A stretch of 64,000 nucleotides of DNA from Dehalococcoidia bacterium (GCA_963662435.1 OY759598.1:2760507-2824506), one strand, 5' to 3'. Shown: positions 29,025-38,838, numbered from the stretch's first letter. Program-made: numbers and translations. The notes: generated by a model not told the origin, from the sequence alone.

Positions 29025-29183
29025 GGCGTGCCCCTTCGGGGTAGGGTCGTTGGAGCACTATTGTAGAGTCTTTCGTAAATGGGTGGCAAACGGCTATAGC
29101 TGGGTGAACTCATGGGAGGTGGCAAACGAAGGTTGGCGTCCAGGTTGTACAGTGACGTGCTGGTTGGTAGAATCGAAACTCGG

Positions 29184-29258
29184 GCGGGCGTAACTCAGTG
29201 GCAGAGTGTCTGCTTCCCAAGCAGAAAGTCGGGGGTTCGAATCCCCTCGCCCGCTCCA
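29184..29258 (+). tRNA. tRNA-Gly (CCC)
   Basis: Acceptor GCGGGCG/CGCCCGC, anticodon arm TCTGC-TTCCCAA-GCAGA, GTTCGAATC T-loop, encoded CCA. Confidence 0.97.
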
Positions 29259-29316
29259 GAGAGTCCCATTGTTCCGCCTTCAGAGAATTTCCTCTGGCGT
29301 GACTCATACGAAATGG

Positions 29317-29643
29317 TCACCCGAGGGCGGCTCGTTCAACCGCATCATTCAGCCATGCGTTGAGACTCTTCCCTTCCACATTTGCTGCCGTGGCCACAGC
29401 ACGATGAAGTTCAGGGCTCATTCTCAAAGCAACCTTACCTGAATATGGCCTGTCCGGCTCCTCTCCTCTTTCAGCGCACATTGCCAGGTAGTCGTCAATG
29501 GAAAACTCAAACTCCTTTCTCAGCTGCTCAAAGGAGTCCGCTTCAAAGAAGATAATGTCTTTGGTGTTGACCACCCTGCCGTAGAGGGCTCCGGTATCGT
29601 AGTCCAAGTCTACCTTCGCTTGATAACCCTTGTATGTCAACAT
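29317..29643 (-). CDS. hicB: HicB family antitoxin
   Basis: MLTYKGY...IIFFEA...SIDDYLAMC..RGEEPDRPYSGKVALRMSPELH...SLNAW. Confidence 0.93.
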   Translation of the reverse strand: MLTYKGYQAKVDLDYDTGALYGRVVNTKDIIFFEADSFEQLRKEFEFSIDDYLAMCAERGEEPDRPYSGKVALRMSPELHRAVATAANVEGKSLNAWLNDAVERAALG

Positions 29644-29894
29644 GGCTCTATCCCTGCCTCTAGTAGTAGGACTCTTATTGCTTCGACCATACCCTTGCTG
29701 GCTTCCTTTCGAGGATGCGGTCGGTGAGCGTGGGCCCGAATACCCTTCAGCCGAATGCCAATCCTGGAACCGGCTCTCTCTTCGATTTCAGCATCGCAGG
29801 CGATGAGCAGCGACTCAATGTCAGCCCAGCGTATTCCTGCCTCGGTGGGTCGCCGAAAGATCTGAACCAGAGTCCTGCGGTGCTTGTTTCTCAC
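29637..29894 (-). CDS. hicA: HicA family toxin
   Basis: KHRRTL..IF..P...IRWADIESLL...ERAGSRI...HRPHP. Confidence 0.92.
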   Translation of the reverse strand: MRNKHRRTLVQIFRRPTEAGIRWADIESLLIACDAEIEERAGSRIGIRLKGIRAHAHRPHPRKEASKGMVEAIRVLLLEAGIEPC

Positions 29895-30116
29895 CCGAGA
29901 ATGATACCACAAATTGATACTATTATCTAGGGTCTGCAGTAGATTGATGCCAAATCAGCGAGCGGCAATGGATCGAGGCCTGCATGCGTCGCATAGCAGC
30001 AACCGTAGTCTGTGCTACGGTGAGGCAACCTACATTGGGCTGAGAGATAACTCGTTCTGCACATCCCCTCGCCCGCTCCAGTGACCTCCTCCCCGTCCGC
30101 GTACCCGCTCGTGAGC

Positions 30117-31424
30117 CTAGAGGCCGTTTTCAGAGGGCTGTTGGCGGACCGCGGCGAGGGACTCGTCCGAACCGCGTTCCACTCGTTCCCCGGCGAGAAA
30201 GACGTCGACCACGTTCCAGAGTTTGCGAATGTCCGCCGTTGGGTCGCCGTCAAGGATGAGAAGGTCGGCCTCCTTGCCGGGTTCGAGGGTCCCAACTTGG
30301 TCGCCCATGTCGAGGGAGCGGGCGGCGTCGCCGGTCACCGAATAGACGCCCTGCTCGTTGGAGTAGCCGGACATGACGAGGCACTCGGTCTCATAGGCCG
30401 TATTGCCGAGCATGTAGTTGCCCCATGAAGAGTCGGAGCCGGTTATGACCTTCGCGCCCATCTCGATAAGCCGACGACTGTGGTCTATGCGCACGTCGAA
30501 CTCCCGAAGCTCATCGTCGAGCTCGGCCTGCTGCTGAGCAGTGAATCCTTCGCGCTCCTTGCGGTGCTGGAGCGTCCATATGCGGGCGCGGAACACGTGG
30601 AGGGTGGGATTGACGTAGGCACCCTGGCGGACGATTCGCTCGGCTATTGACTCGTCGAAATAGTTGGTGCCGTCCGATCGCTTGAAGACGCAGTGGATTA
30701 TCATGTCCACCTCGGCCTCGAGGGAGTTGGCAATGCCCTGGGCCGAAAGGCAGTGCGCGGCTGTGGGCTTGCCGAACTTGTGGGCCTCGTCGGTGATGGC
30801 GAGCAACTCGTCGACGTTGAATGACGGTCGCATCGTGAACGATGTCCCGGTGCTGCCCCCGGTCGCCGTGATCTTGATGTAGTCCGCGCCCTCCTTGATG
30901 AGTTGCCGCGTCATGGCCCGGGCCTCGTTTGGGCCGGTGACCTCGGAGCCGAAGTAGCCCATGTGACCGCCGATGATGGATACCGGCCTTCCGCACAGAT
31001 GCATCCTGGGGCCGACCGTAAGACCGCCGTTCACGGCATCGCGAAGGCGGAACATGGTCATATTCTTCGGGCCATTCTCGCGGATGGTCGTAACCCCGGA
31101 GAAGAGGGCCTTGCGGGCGTTCCTGGCAGCCTGGACGGTCAGGATTTCGTCGGGATAGGTGGCTACCTCATCGCCGACACGCCCGTCGCCGAACCCCACG
31201 TGGTGGGTATGGGTATCAACCATGCCGGGCATGAGGGTCTTGTCGGAGTAGTCGAGGATCTCGACCGGCGCACCTTCGGGCGCCGTCACCTCGCCCTGCC
31301 TGCCAACTGCAACGATCTTCGATCCCTCGACGAGGAGCGCACCGGAGGGGACGGAGGGGCCTCCTCGTCCGTCGATTAGTGTGCCGGCGTGTAGGAGTTT
31401 GATTGAAGCAGTGGGTGATGACAC
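30117..31424 (-). CDS. Amidohydrolase family protein
   Basis: MPGMVDTHTH, GVTTIR, GADYIKI, AAHC, GSDS, GKEADLLILDGDP. Confidence 0.9.
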   Translation of the reverse strand: MSSPTASIKLLHAGTLIDGRGGPSVPSGALLVEGSKIVAVGRQGEVTAPEGAPVEILDYSDKTLMPGMVDTHTHHVGFGDGRVGDEVATYPDEILTVQAARNARKALFSGVTTIRENGPKNMTMFRLRDAVNGGLTVGPRMHLCGRPVSIIGGHMGYFGSEVTGPNEARAMTRQLIKEGADYIKITATGGSTGTSFTMRPSFNVDELLAITDEAHKFGKPTAAHCLSAQGIANSLEAEVDMIIHCVFKRSDGTNYFDESIAERIVRQGAYVNPTLHVFRARIWTLQHRKEREGFTAQQQAELDDELREFDVRIDHSRRLIEMGAKVITGSDSSWGNYMLGNTAYETECLVMSGYSNEQGVYSVTGDAARSLDMGDQVGTLEPGKEADLLILDGDPTADIRKLWNVVDVFLAGERVERGSDESLAAVRQQPSENGL

Positions 31425-31527
31425 GTTGGGCTCCCTCGGTCTAGAAGGCGATTAACCTGACGATACGAATGCAAACAAAGGAGAATTGATGGCAATCGGA
31501 CGTGACGAGAGAATTGACCGTACGCCC

Positions 31528-32052
31528 TCACTTGCTTTCGTCGTCGGGCTCTCTGTCATCATCCGTCGAGCCTTCGGGAGTATCGTCTCCTCCGATGCGC
31601 TCCTGAAAGTACTCGACGATGTTCATTTGAGTTGGAACGTACTGAAGGGTGGCGATCGCGCCGTTCTCGAGCATGATATCGACGTGCTGGAACCCGAAGG
31701 CTCTGCCGAACATGCCAAACCTGGCGCGAGTCTCCTTCAATCGACTGAAGGGGACCAGGTAGCGGGGAGTCTGCAGGATGCCGCCCCTCTGGTAAATGAG
31801 CGTGTCTTCGGTGAGATAGTACCTCGTACGCCGCCACTGCCAGTACTTGGGAATGAGGACGATGAACATCAGCACCGCCGGAGTGAACGGGTCGGGGAAG
31901 ATGCCCACCACAAAGATGATGAGGATAATGGCCAGCAGCCACCACGATGACCACAGCCAGGCATATTGGACCTGGGCGACTTCGATGGCGTCGTCGGGTA
32001 CTTCCGGTTCCTGCGGCCGCCGGGGCTGTTGAGGCTGTTCTTCGCTGCTCAT
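31528..32052 (-). CDS. Bacterial PH domain (bPH_2) membrane protein
   Basis: Two TM helices then RYYLTEDTLIYQRGG...FGRAFGFQHVDI. Confidence 0.7.
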   Translation of the reverse strand: MSSEEQPQQPRRPQEPEVPDDAIEVAQVQYAWLWSSWWLLAIILIIFVVGIFPDPFTPAVLMFIVLIPKYWQWRRTRYYLTEDTLIYQRGGILQTPRYLVPFSRLKETRARFGMFGRAFGFQHVDIMLENGAIATLQYVPTQMNIVEYFQERIGGDDTPEGSTDDDREPDDESK

Positions 32053-32271
32053 CCGCACCTCCGTTTCGGACAAAGGGTAACTTGTTTCGAGGGGTCAGGT
32101 AAAGTGCGCGACGGAAGGCGGTAACTCCCTCGATCTGCCCCGTACGTAGCCCCCTCAGTTCAAGAGACCGCCTTGATACCGACATTCGCCTTGGAGACGG
32201 CGGTACCCCGCGGCCTGAAAGCCATTCCTCCAGTACGATGCTGGAATACGTCCGTTTAGATCTTGGAAGTG

Positions 32272-32423
32272 GTAGCTATTCAGACTTCATGAGATTGCAC
32301 GAATTGTTCTCTCGCTGTCATTCTGTGGAGCGCAGCGACGAAGAGTCTACAATCTCTCCCCCGGCGGGAGAGAGATTCAGAAAGGGGTCTTCGCGATTCA
32401 ACTCACGAAGACTGAACAGTCCC
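32272..32423. mobile_element. MITE-like element copy 2
   Basis: GTAGCTATTCAGACTTCATGA left; right-end reverse complement GGGACTGTTCAGTCTTCGTGA; interior highly similar to copy 3. Confidence 0.65.
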
Positions 32424-32503
32424 CGGATGGGCCCCTTGCTTCCAAATGAGGAACCCGCTGTTTTATAATGAGTGACAGCTTACGCACGGAGCGAAGGACA
32501 GGT

Positions 32504-32704
32504 ATGGCCAAGCAAACCGAAGAGTCTGGAGGAGTTACCAGAAGAGGATTTCTGAAGGGAGTTCTTGCAGGCTTGGGGAGCGGCGCGGTCGTATTGACCA
32601 TCTTTGGCGGTAAGAAAATGCTCGAGCGCAGGCGCAGCGCTGCGGCGGATTTCCCGGAAGACTCGATCTTCGCTCCCGCCAAGAACCGTCGCGACCGCGT
32701 GTAA
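32504..32704 (+). CDS. Small twin-arginine signal peptide protein (66 aa)
   Basis: VTRRGFLKG followed by a hydrophobic segment; AAGGA RBS. Confidence 0.65.
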   Translation: MAKQTEESGGVTRRGFLKGVLAGLGSGAVVLTIFGGKKMLERRRSAAADFPEDSIFAPAKNRRDRV

Positions 32705-32934
32705 TCCGCCCCACCAACCACTTGGTCAACCTTCTCTCTTAGACTCCCATTCAGCAATTGCTTGCTGAATCGCCACTTATCCAGCCCTTGGCGTCTCACC
32801 ACACCTTGAAAGTTGTCAGAGTATAGGTCTTTTGGTATAAGTTAGCTTGACACAGGCAGGCCCCACGACTCAGGATTGCCGACGCGGCACGTGACGGCCG
32901 GTTGGCGAGGAGCGCGGAGCTAAGGCCCTCGATA

Positions 32935-34719
32935 ATGGAACTGGGAAGGTTTGGGCAACAGGTACGATCTCTGCTCATCGGTCCGACAACGAACGCTGAG
33001 CGGAGCAATGGCCTATGGAATGAACGAGTCCGGGCCGCGGCGCAGCTTGCGCTCAGCAGCACAGGCGGAGCCCGGAAGAATCCCGGCCTCTTGGCGCGAC
33101 AAGCCGTTTTCGGCGCGTTTCGCGCTCTGACGGAAATCGGAGTCGAGGCAAAGGGCATCGCGAGGGACGCCGTCGTGGGCGTGCTTCAAGGGGCCTCAGG
33201 TTCTTCGAGTCCCGCAACGCCGCTCATCCGCGAGACTGTGGAGGGGGCGATTCGCGGTTCCACCGAAATGGGCATGGACGTCCAGGCCGCGGGCGTCGAC
33301 GCGGTGGAGGGCGCGATCGAGGGCGCCGTCTTCGTCGGAGTGGGGACCCAGGAAGCGGTCACGGAGGCGGCTGACAGCGCGTTCGAAGCCATTACCGAGA
33401 TCGGCGGCGACATGGGCATGGCGGCAAAGGCGGCCATTGTCGGTGTCATCACAGGCGTATCCGCAACGGGCGGAGACGTTCCCCAATCGGCACGCGATAC
33501 TTCCAAGCTCGTTATGGACAACGTGACGGGCGACCCCGCCAATATGGCATACGTGGCCCAGAGCTTGGTCGAGGGCGCACTGGAAGTGCAGAATGTTGAT
33601 CACGCGTTCACCGTCAGGTATGTCGGAAGTTCGGCCGAGGGTGCGGTCGACGGGGCGTACGAGGTAAGTGACGAAGTCGGGGAAGAGGTGCGCTTGGCCG
33701 TCGCCGCGATGTTGGAGAACCCGCGAGTGCACGTTGGACCGGCTACCGCTCCACTGCTGCAAGACCTCGCTGAACGGGTGGCCGTGTATCACCCTCTGGG
33801 GCCAATGGCGTGGAGGGCACAGGCCCTCTGGCACGCTGGATGGAGCCTTTTCAGAATAGGCGGCATCGACTTGGCGGCGTCACTTGCATTCTTTACCCTG
33901 CTTTCTTTCTTCCCGCTTGTGGCCCTGGTCATTCTGGTCTTCTCCACCTTTGCCGATCCCGTAACGATCAAAGAAGAGCTCGGTCACGTCTTCCTCTACT
34001 TCTTCCCCGCGTCGGACCAATTCTTCAACAATTCCGTCGACTACCTGTTCAACTCCCGCTTCGCTGCCGGCGTGGTGGCAGTAGTGGGCATTGCGATCGG
34101 GGCGAACGGCCTCTTCATGGCTACGAATCGAGCCGTCAATCGAATCTTCGGCTCGGAGCCCCGCAAGATGGTCAGTACGACGTTGCTGCAAATCTTGCTG
34201 ACGTTTGGCATTATGATGCTGTTTCTCACCTCGATAGGCCTGACGGTCGTATTCCAGCTGGCCCAAGGCATCAGTGACGCGCTGCCACTCATCGGATGGT
34301 CGGTCAATCGCGCTGTGATCATAGTTACCGAACTGATCTCGGGGGTATTGCCGATATTCCTGACAATGATCTCGTTCGGCATCGTCTACCGGGCCTTGCC
34401 GAACACAAAAGTCCAATGGCGGGACGCGACGTTCGGGGCAATAGTCGCTGTGATCCTCTTCGAACTGGGCAAGCACCTGTTCTTCTGGTTTGGGAACATC
34501 AGCGGTCAGCAGAACCTCATCTACCTGCCCTTCTCGTCCGTCATAATTCTGTTGATCTGGGCATTTCTGGGCGGCATGATATTCCTCTTCGGGGCGAGCA
34601 TTGCCAACGAAGCGGCGAGCACCAGGCCCAAGGGAGTCTACGGAAACCGTGAGACAATCAAGTCTGAACTTGCTGAAAACGAGCGTTCTGAGACGTCCAG
34701 CGGTACCAGATTCCGTTGA
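32935..34719 (+). CDS. YihY/BrkB family membrane protein with long N-terminal Ala/Gly-rich repeat region
   Basis: AASLAFFTLLSFFPL, YRALPN, LFELGK, IFLFGASI; N-terminal VEGA repeats. Confidence 0.8.
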   Translation: MELGRFGQQVRSLLIGPTTNAERSNGLWNERVRAAAQLALSSTGGARKNPGLLARQAVFGAFRALTEIGVEAKGIARDAVVGVLQGASGSSSPATPLIRETVEGAIRGSTEMGMDVQAAGVDAVEGAIEGAVFVGVGTQEAVTEAADSAFEAITEIGGDMGMAAKAAIVGVITGVSATGGDVPQSARDTSKLVMDNVTGDPANMAYVAQSLVEGALEVQNVDHAFTVRYVGSSAEGAVDGAYEVSDEVGEEVRLAVAAMLENPRVHVGPATAPLLQDLAERVAVYHPLGPMAWRAQALWHAGWSLFRIGGIDLAASLAFFTLLSFFPLVALVILVFSTFADPVTIKEELGHVFLYFFPASDQFFNNSVDYLFNSRFAAGVVAVVGIAIGANGLFMATNRAVNRIFGSEPRKMVSTTLLQILLTFGIMMLFLTSIGLTVVFQLAQGISDALPLIGWSVNRAVIIVTELISGVLPIFLTMISFGIVYRALPNTKVQWRDATFGAIVAVILFELGKHLFFWFGNISGQQNLIYLPFSSVIILLIWAFLGGMIFLFGASIANEAASTRPKGVYGNRETIKSELAENERSETSSGTRFR

Positions 34720-34832
34720 CACTGACGCGAACGTTCATGTAGAATTTTGCTTGAAATCGGTATGACTTCCAGGACTTCATCCTGTACGTAAGACCCACGC
34801 CCCGCGGCACAGACCGATGCGCGGGGTTTTTT
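34716..34832 (+). promoter_or_regulatory. Promoter, 9-codon uORF and intrinsic terminator upstream of korA
   Basis: TTGACA-N18-TAGAAT (34716-34745); ATG..TAA 34762-34791; CCCCGCG...CGCGGGG-TTTTTT (34800-34832). Confidence 0.55.
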
Positions 34833-34896
34833 CTGATTTCGCCTAATTCGCAAGCAGTATCTACACGGATGGGCGTTGTCTCGAAGGGGGAATGAG

Positions 34897-36627
34897 TTGC
34901 AGACGACAGACTTTAGAATACGAATCGCCGGCGAAGGCGGACAGGGGCTCCTGTCTGTGGCAGAGGGCTTCGCATCGGCGAATGTTCAGGCGGGATATCA
35001 CGCGCAGACCTTTGCGACCTTCCCCTCTCAGATCACAGGCGGCCCGACGTGGTTCCAGGTGCGCATTTCCACCGAGCCGATCCTCAGCCGCGGCGACCAA
35101 CTCGACGTCCTGGTCGCGTTCAACGAGCACGCGTATGAGGCGCACAAAGACGAGGTCCGCGAAGGCGGTGTCGTCGTGTACGACTCAAAGGCCTTCCAGT
35201 TGGAAGACAACGGCTCGAGCCTCGGTGTTCCCTTCGATCAACTGGGCCGGTCCACCGGCAACCCAAGGGCGGCCAATATGGTCGTCATGGGAATGCTCGC
35301 GGGCCTGATGAATATGCCCCAGTCGATCCTGGAGGAATTCGTCAAGCAACGCTGGGGCAACGTGCAGCGCTACGGCGAGAAGACGGTGCCTCAAAACATC
35401 CACGGCCTGACGCTGGGACGCGAAGAGGCGGTCAAGAGTGGGTTCAATCTGGGAGAGCTTGCTCCCCCAATCAAGCCGGACTACGACCAGATTTTCCTCA
35501 ACGGAAACGAGGCCATATGCCTGGGGGCCGTGCACGCCGGACTCGACTTCTACGTGGGATACCCGATCTCTCCGGCCACGACGATCCTCGTGTGGATGGA
35601 GCGCTGGCTGAGCGGCGAAGACAAGACGGCTTATCAGGTCTCCTCCGAAATCGAGGCGATCAACGCAATTGTCGGCGCGGGGTACTCGGGCAAGAAGGCG
35701 ATGACCGCAACGGCAGGGCCGGGCTTCTCGCTGATGAGCGAGGGGCTGGGGTTCGCCTGGATGGCGGAGATACCGCTCGTGGTCTGTGACGTGCAACGTG
35801 GCGGACCCGCCACCGGACTTCCGACGAAGACCGAACAGTCGGACTTCTTTGCGGCGATGCGTCCTGCCCACGGCGATGTCAGCCTTCCGGTAATCGCACC
35901 GGGTTCCATAGAGGAGTGCTTCTACGCGGCCGTTGAGGCCATCAACTGGGCCGAGCGGTACCAGGGGCCCGTAGTCTTGCTGAGCGAGCACTCGCTCTCT
36001 GAGCGCAAGCAAAACGTCCGCAAGCCCGATCTTGACGCGATCCCCGTGGAGAGCCGCGAGGTGTATCACGGAGCAAACGGTACCAACGGCTACCATAGAT
36101 ATGAGCCGAGAGAACTGTCGCCCATGCCGCTGCCAGGCGGTCCAGGCAGCTACGTGGCCAACGCGAGCGAGCATGACGGAATGGGCGATACAACCCACCT
36201 CCCGGAACGCCACGTACAGATGACGGAGCGCCGGTTCAGCAAGCTGAAGTTGCTGGAGACCGGCACCTATGAGGCAGACAACACGAGTGCCTCCATCGGG
36301 CTGATGACTTGGGGCGGCTCGAAAGGGCCCACGCGCGAGGTCTGGCAGCGCATGTCCGAGTTGGGAACGGCGGACAATCTCGCGTGGTACTACACCATGT
36401 ACCTGAACCCGCTTCCTCCGGCTCTGCTGGAGGAGCTGCGGAGCAAGGATCTTGTCATCGTTCCTGAATTGAACTACCAGGGCCAGTTCTCGTCGTACCT
36501 GCGGTCCCTCGGCGTAAAGGCTGAGTCGATAACGCAGTACACGGGGCTCCCATTTGCAATCAGGGATCTGACGCAGCGAATCGAGGAACGAATTGGCGTT
36601 CGCCAAAAGGAGGAGGTTGCAGTATGA
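34897..36627 (+). CDS. korA: 2-oxoacid:ferredoxin oxidoreductase alpha subunit (gamma-alpha fusion)
   Basis: IAGEGGQG, GNEAICLGA, GYPISPAT, ATAGPGFSLM, VQRGGPATGLPTKTEQSD. Confidence 0.9.
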   Translation: MQTTDFRIRIAGEGGQGLLSVAEGFASANVQAGYHAQTFATFPSQITGGPTWFQVRISTEPILSRGDQLDVLVAFNEHAYEAHKDEVREGGVVVYDSKAFQLEDNGSSLGVPFDQLGRSTGNPRAANMVVMGMLAGLMNMPQSILEEFVKQRWGNVQRYGEKTVPQNIHGLTLGREEAVKSGFNLGELAPPIKPDYDQIFLNGNEAICLGAVHAGLDFYVGYPISPATTILVWMERWLSGEDKTAYQVSSEIEAINAIVGAGYSGKKAMTATAGPGFSLMSEGLGFAWMAEIPLVVCDVQRGGPATGLPTKTEQSDFFAAMRPAHGDVSLPVIAPGSIEECFYAAVEAINWAERYQGPVVLLSEHSLSERKQNVRKPDLDAIPVESREVYHGANGTNGYHRYEPRELSPMPLPGGPGSYVANASEHDGMGDTTHLPERHVQMTERRFSKLKLLETGTYEADNTSASIGLMTWGGSKGPTREVWQRMSELGTADNLAWYYTMYLNPLPPALLEELRSKDLVIVPELNYQGQFSSYLRSLGVKAESITQYTGLPFAIRDLTQRIEERIGVRQKEEVAV

Positions 36628-37490
36628 GCGACAAGAATCCCGAATATGACTTCAAGTGGTGCCCAGGGTGCGGTGACTTCGGTGTCCGCCGTGCGCTGGA
36701 GCAGGCGGTCGCTCGACGGCTCGTTGAAACCGAAGAGCCGATCGAGCAAACGGTGGTAGTCGCCGGAATCGGGTGTTCGGGCAACCTCGTTCACCTGCTT
36801 GAGGGCGATCAGCCCTTCGGCATTCACGGTCTGCATGGCCGAACCCTGCCCATTGCATTCGGCGTGAAGTCCGGCAGACCTGACCTGAACGTCGTGGTGG
36901 TCGCCGGAGACGGCGACTTCCTGAGCATTGGCATGGAGCACATCGCGCCCCAGGCCCAGCGGAATCTCAACGTATGCGCGGTCGTCATGGACAACGGCGT
37001 ATACGGCCTGACCAAGGGCCAGAGCTCGCCCACGAGCGAAATCGGCATGATCACGAGCTCGACGCCGTTCGGCAAGGCGGAAGAGGGACTCAATCCCCTT
37101 CGGCTGTACCTGACGATCGGCGTGTCGCACATTGCCTCGGCCCTTTCGAGCAAGATCAAGGACATGGCGAACATGATCTACGACGCCATGGAGTATCCCG
37201 GCTTCTCGGTCGTACACGTCCAGTCGCCTTGCACCGAGTACAACGACACCTACAAGGTGCTCAAGGGTGAGCCCCGCAAGGGAATCCCCGGCAGGGCGTG
37301 GGACATCCCCGACGATCACGACCCGGCGAGCATCGACGCGGCAGCGAGCCTCCTCGAGCGTGACGGCATACCCCTGGGCCTCCTCTACCAGGCCGAGCAC
37401 CAGCCCACGCTGGAGCAGCGCCTCGTTGGCCTCAAGACCAAGGCCAGGGTGTTGACCACCGAGCAGATGGTAGCCTCCTACGGCGTGTAG
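36624..37490 (+). CDS. korB: 2-oxoacid:ferredoxin oxidoreductase beta subunit
   Basis: WCPGCGD, GIGCS, LHGR, GDGD...DNGVYGLTKGQSSPT, QSPC. Confidence 0.9.
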   Translation: MSDKNPEYDFKWCPGCGDFGVRRALEQAVARRLVETEEPIEQTVVVAGIGCSGNLVHLLEGDQPFGIHGLHGRTLPIAFGVKSGRPDLNVVVVAGDGDFLSIGMEHIAPQAQRNLNVCAVVMDNGVYGLTKGQSSPTSEIGMITSSTPFGKAEEGLNPLRLYLTIGVSHIASALSSKIKDMANMIYDAMEYPGFSVVHVQSPCTEYNDTYKVLKGEPRKGIPGRAWDIPDDHDPASIDAAASLLERDGIPLGLLYQAEHQPTLEQRLVGLKTKARVLTTEQMVASYGV

Positions 37491-37516
37491 GGCTGTCCTG
37501 ACGGAAGCAAGCTACT

Positions 37517-37547
37517 ATGCCCCGGTCGGGATAGTCCACCGGGGCAT
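37517..37547 (+). terminator. Hairpin after korB
   Basis: ATGCCCCGGT...ACCGGGGCAT inverted repeat. Confidence 0.55.
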
Positions 37548-37646
37548 TCTCGTTTCCGCCAGATCCACGGACGGCCTCTACCTAGCCCATTTTGCCTGCC
37601 GGTGGTATATTTTGTGATTACGATCCGCCAGGTACCGGAGAAGCAG

Positions 37647-38717
37647 ATGGACATCGCGATCACGAAATCACCGACTGCGGGAACACGCCCACGACCGGCC
37701 GACGCCGATCTCGGCTTCGGCCAGATCCTCACGGACCACATGTTCCTGATGGACTACTCGACCGAGCGAGGCTGGCACAGCCCCCGCATCGAGCCCTACC
37801 ACAACCTGACCCTCGATCCCGTAGCGATCGTCCTGCACTACAACCAGCAGGTGTTCGAAGGCCTGAAGGCCTACCACCTGCCGGACGGCGGCATCGGCCT
37901 CTTCCGACCCGACAAGAACCTCGAGCGGATGAATCGCTCGACAGAGCGGATGGTGATGCCTTCCTTCGACGCTGAGACCTTCCTGGCAGCAGTGAAGGAA
38001 CTCGTCCTGCTGGACCGGTACTGGTTGCCGACGTCCGAGGGCACAGCCATCTACATCAGGCCGACGATGATCGCAACCGAGGCCGCCCTGGGCGTTCAGC
38101 CGTCGGAGACCTACCTGTTCTTCATCGTGCTCAGCCCCGTCGGCCCGTATTACAAAGAGGGGTTCAACCCCACTCGCATCTTCGTCTCCGATGAGTACAT
38201 CCGGGCGGCGCGTGGGGGCGTGGGGAACGCCAAGACATCCGGCAACTACGGCCCGACCCTGTACGTGTCCGAGGAGGCCAAGGAGCGGGGCTACACGCAG
38301 GTCCTGTGGCTCGACGCCGTGGAGCGCAAGTACGTCGAGGAGGTCGGCACGAGCAACATCTTCTTCGTCATCGACGACGAACTGGTGACGCCAAGCCTGT
38401 CCGGCTCGATCCTCTCCGGAGTCACGCGCGACTCCGTCATGCAGGTCGCGCGCAACTGGGACATCGAAGTCACCGAGCGCCGCATCTCGATGGAAGAGGT
38501 CGCGGAAGGCTGCCGGAGCGGCAAGATCACCGAAGCGTTCGCTACCGGCACCGCTGCCGTGGTGTCGCCCATCGGCGAGATCGGCTACATGGGCGATGAC
38601 ATCCCCGTCGGCGAGGGCGAGACCGGCCCCCTGGCCCGACGCCTCTACGACGAGATCGTCGGCATCCAGTACGGCTATAAGGACGATCCGTTCGGCTGGA
38701 GGGTCCGCATAGCCTAG
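37647..38717 (+). CDS. ilvE: Branched-chain amino acid aminotransferase
   Basis: LGFG..TDHMF, FEGLKAY, YIRP, AKTSGNY, EEVGTSNIF, GVTRDS, GTAAVVSP. Confidence 0.95.
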   Translation: MDIAITKSPTAGTRPRPADADLGFGQILTDHMFLMDYSTERGWHSPRIEPYHNLTLDPVAIVLHYNQQVFEGLKAYHLPDGGIGLFRPDKNLERMNRSTERMVMPSFDAETFLAAVKELVLLDRYWLPTSEGTAIYIRPTMIATEAALGVQPSETYLFFIVLSPVGPYYKEGFNPTRIFVSDEYIRAARGGVGNAKTSGNYGPTLYVSEEAKERGYTQVLWLDAVERKYVEEVGTSNIFFVIDDELVTPSLSGSILSGVTRDSVMQVARNWDIEVTERRISMEEVAEGCRSGKITEAFATGTAAVVSPIGEIGYMGDDIPVGEGETGPLARRLYDEIVGIQYGYKDDPFGWRVRIA

Positions 38718-38755
38718 GGGCGAACCAGCGAGTCTAGGAGGCTCGTCCGCTCGTG

Positions 38756-38838
38756 CCCTTCGACAACCCCAGTGCTTGCCCCGTACCCGCTACGGGGACG
38801 AAGGGAACCCGTTCGTGCTGAGCCTGTCGAAGCACGAG
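38756..38838. repeat. REP-like doublet (CCCTTCGACA / GAGCCTGTCGAAG family)
   Basis: Between convergent ilvE and the sigma gene; relatives at 28040-28086 and near 52697. Confidence 0.65.

Larger units (their letters stand above)
29241..30081. mobile_element. tRNA-Gly-integrated islet carrying only hicAB (att-like 19-bp direct repeats)
   Basis: ATCCCCTCGCCCGCTCCAG at both 29241-29259 and 30063-30081; no integrase inside. Confidence 0.8.

Noticed and set aside
32100..32235. Cobalamin riboswitch or SRP RNA
   Set aside because: Only fragmentary resemblance; the B12 box and the SRP CAGG/AGCAG loop are absent
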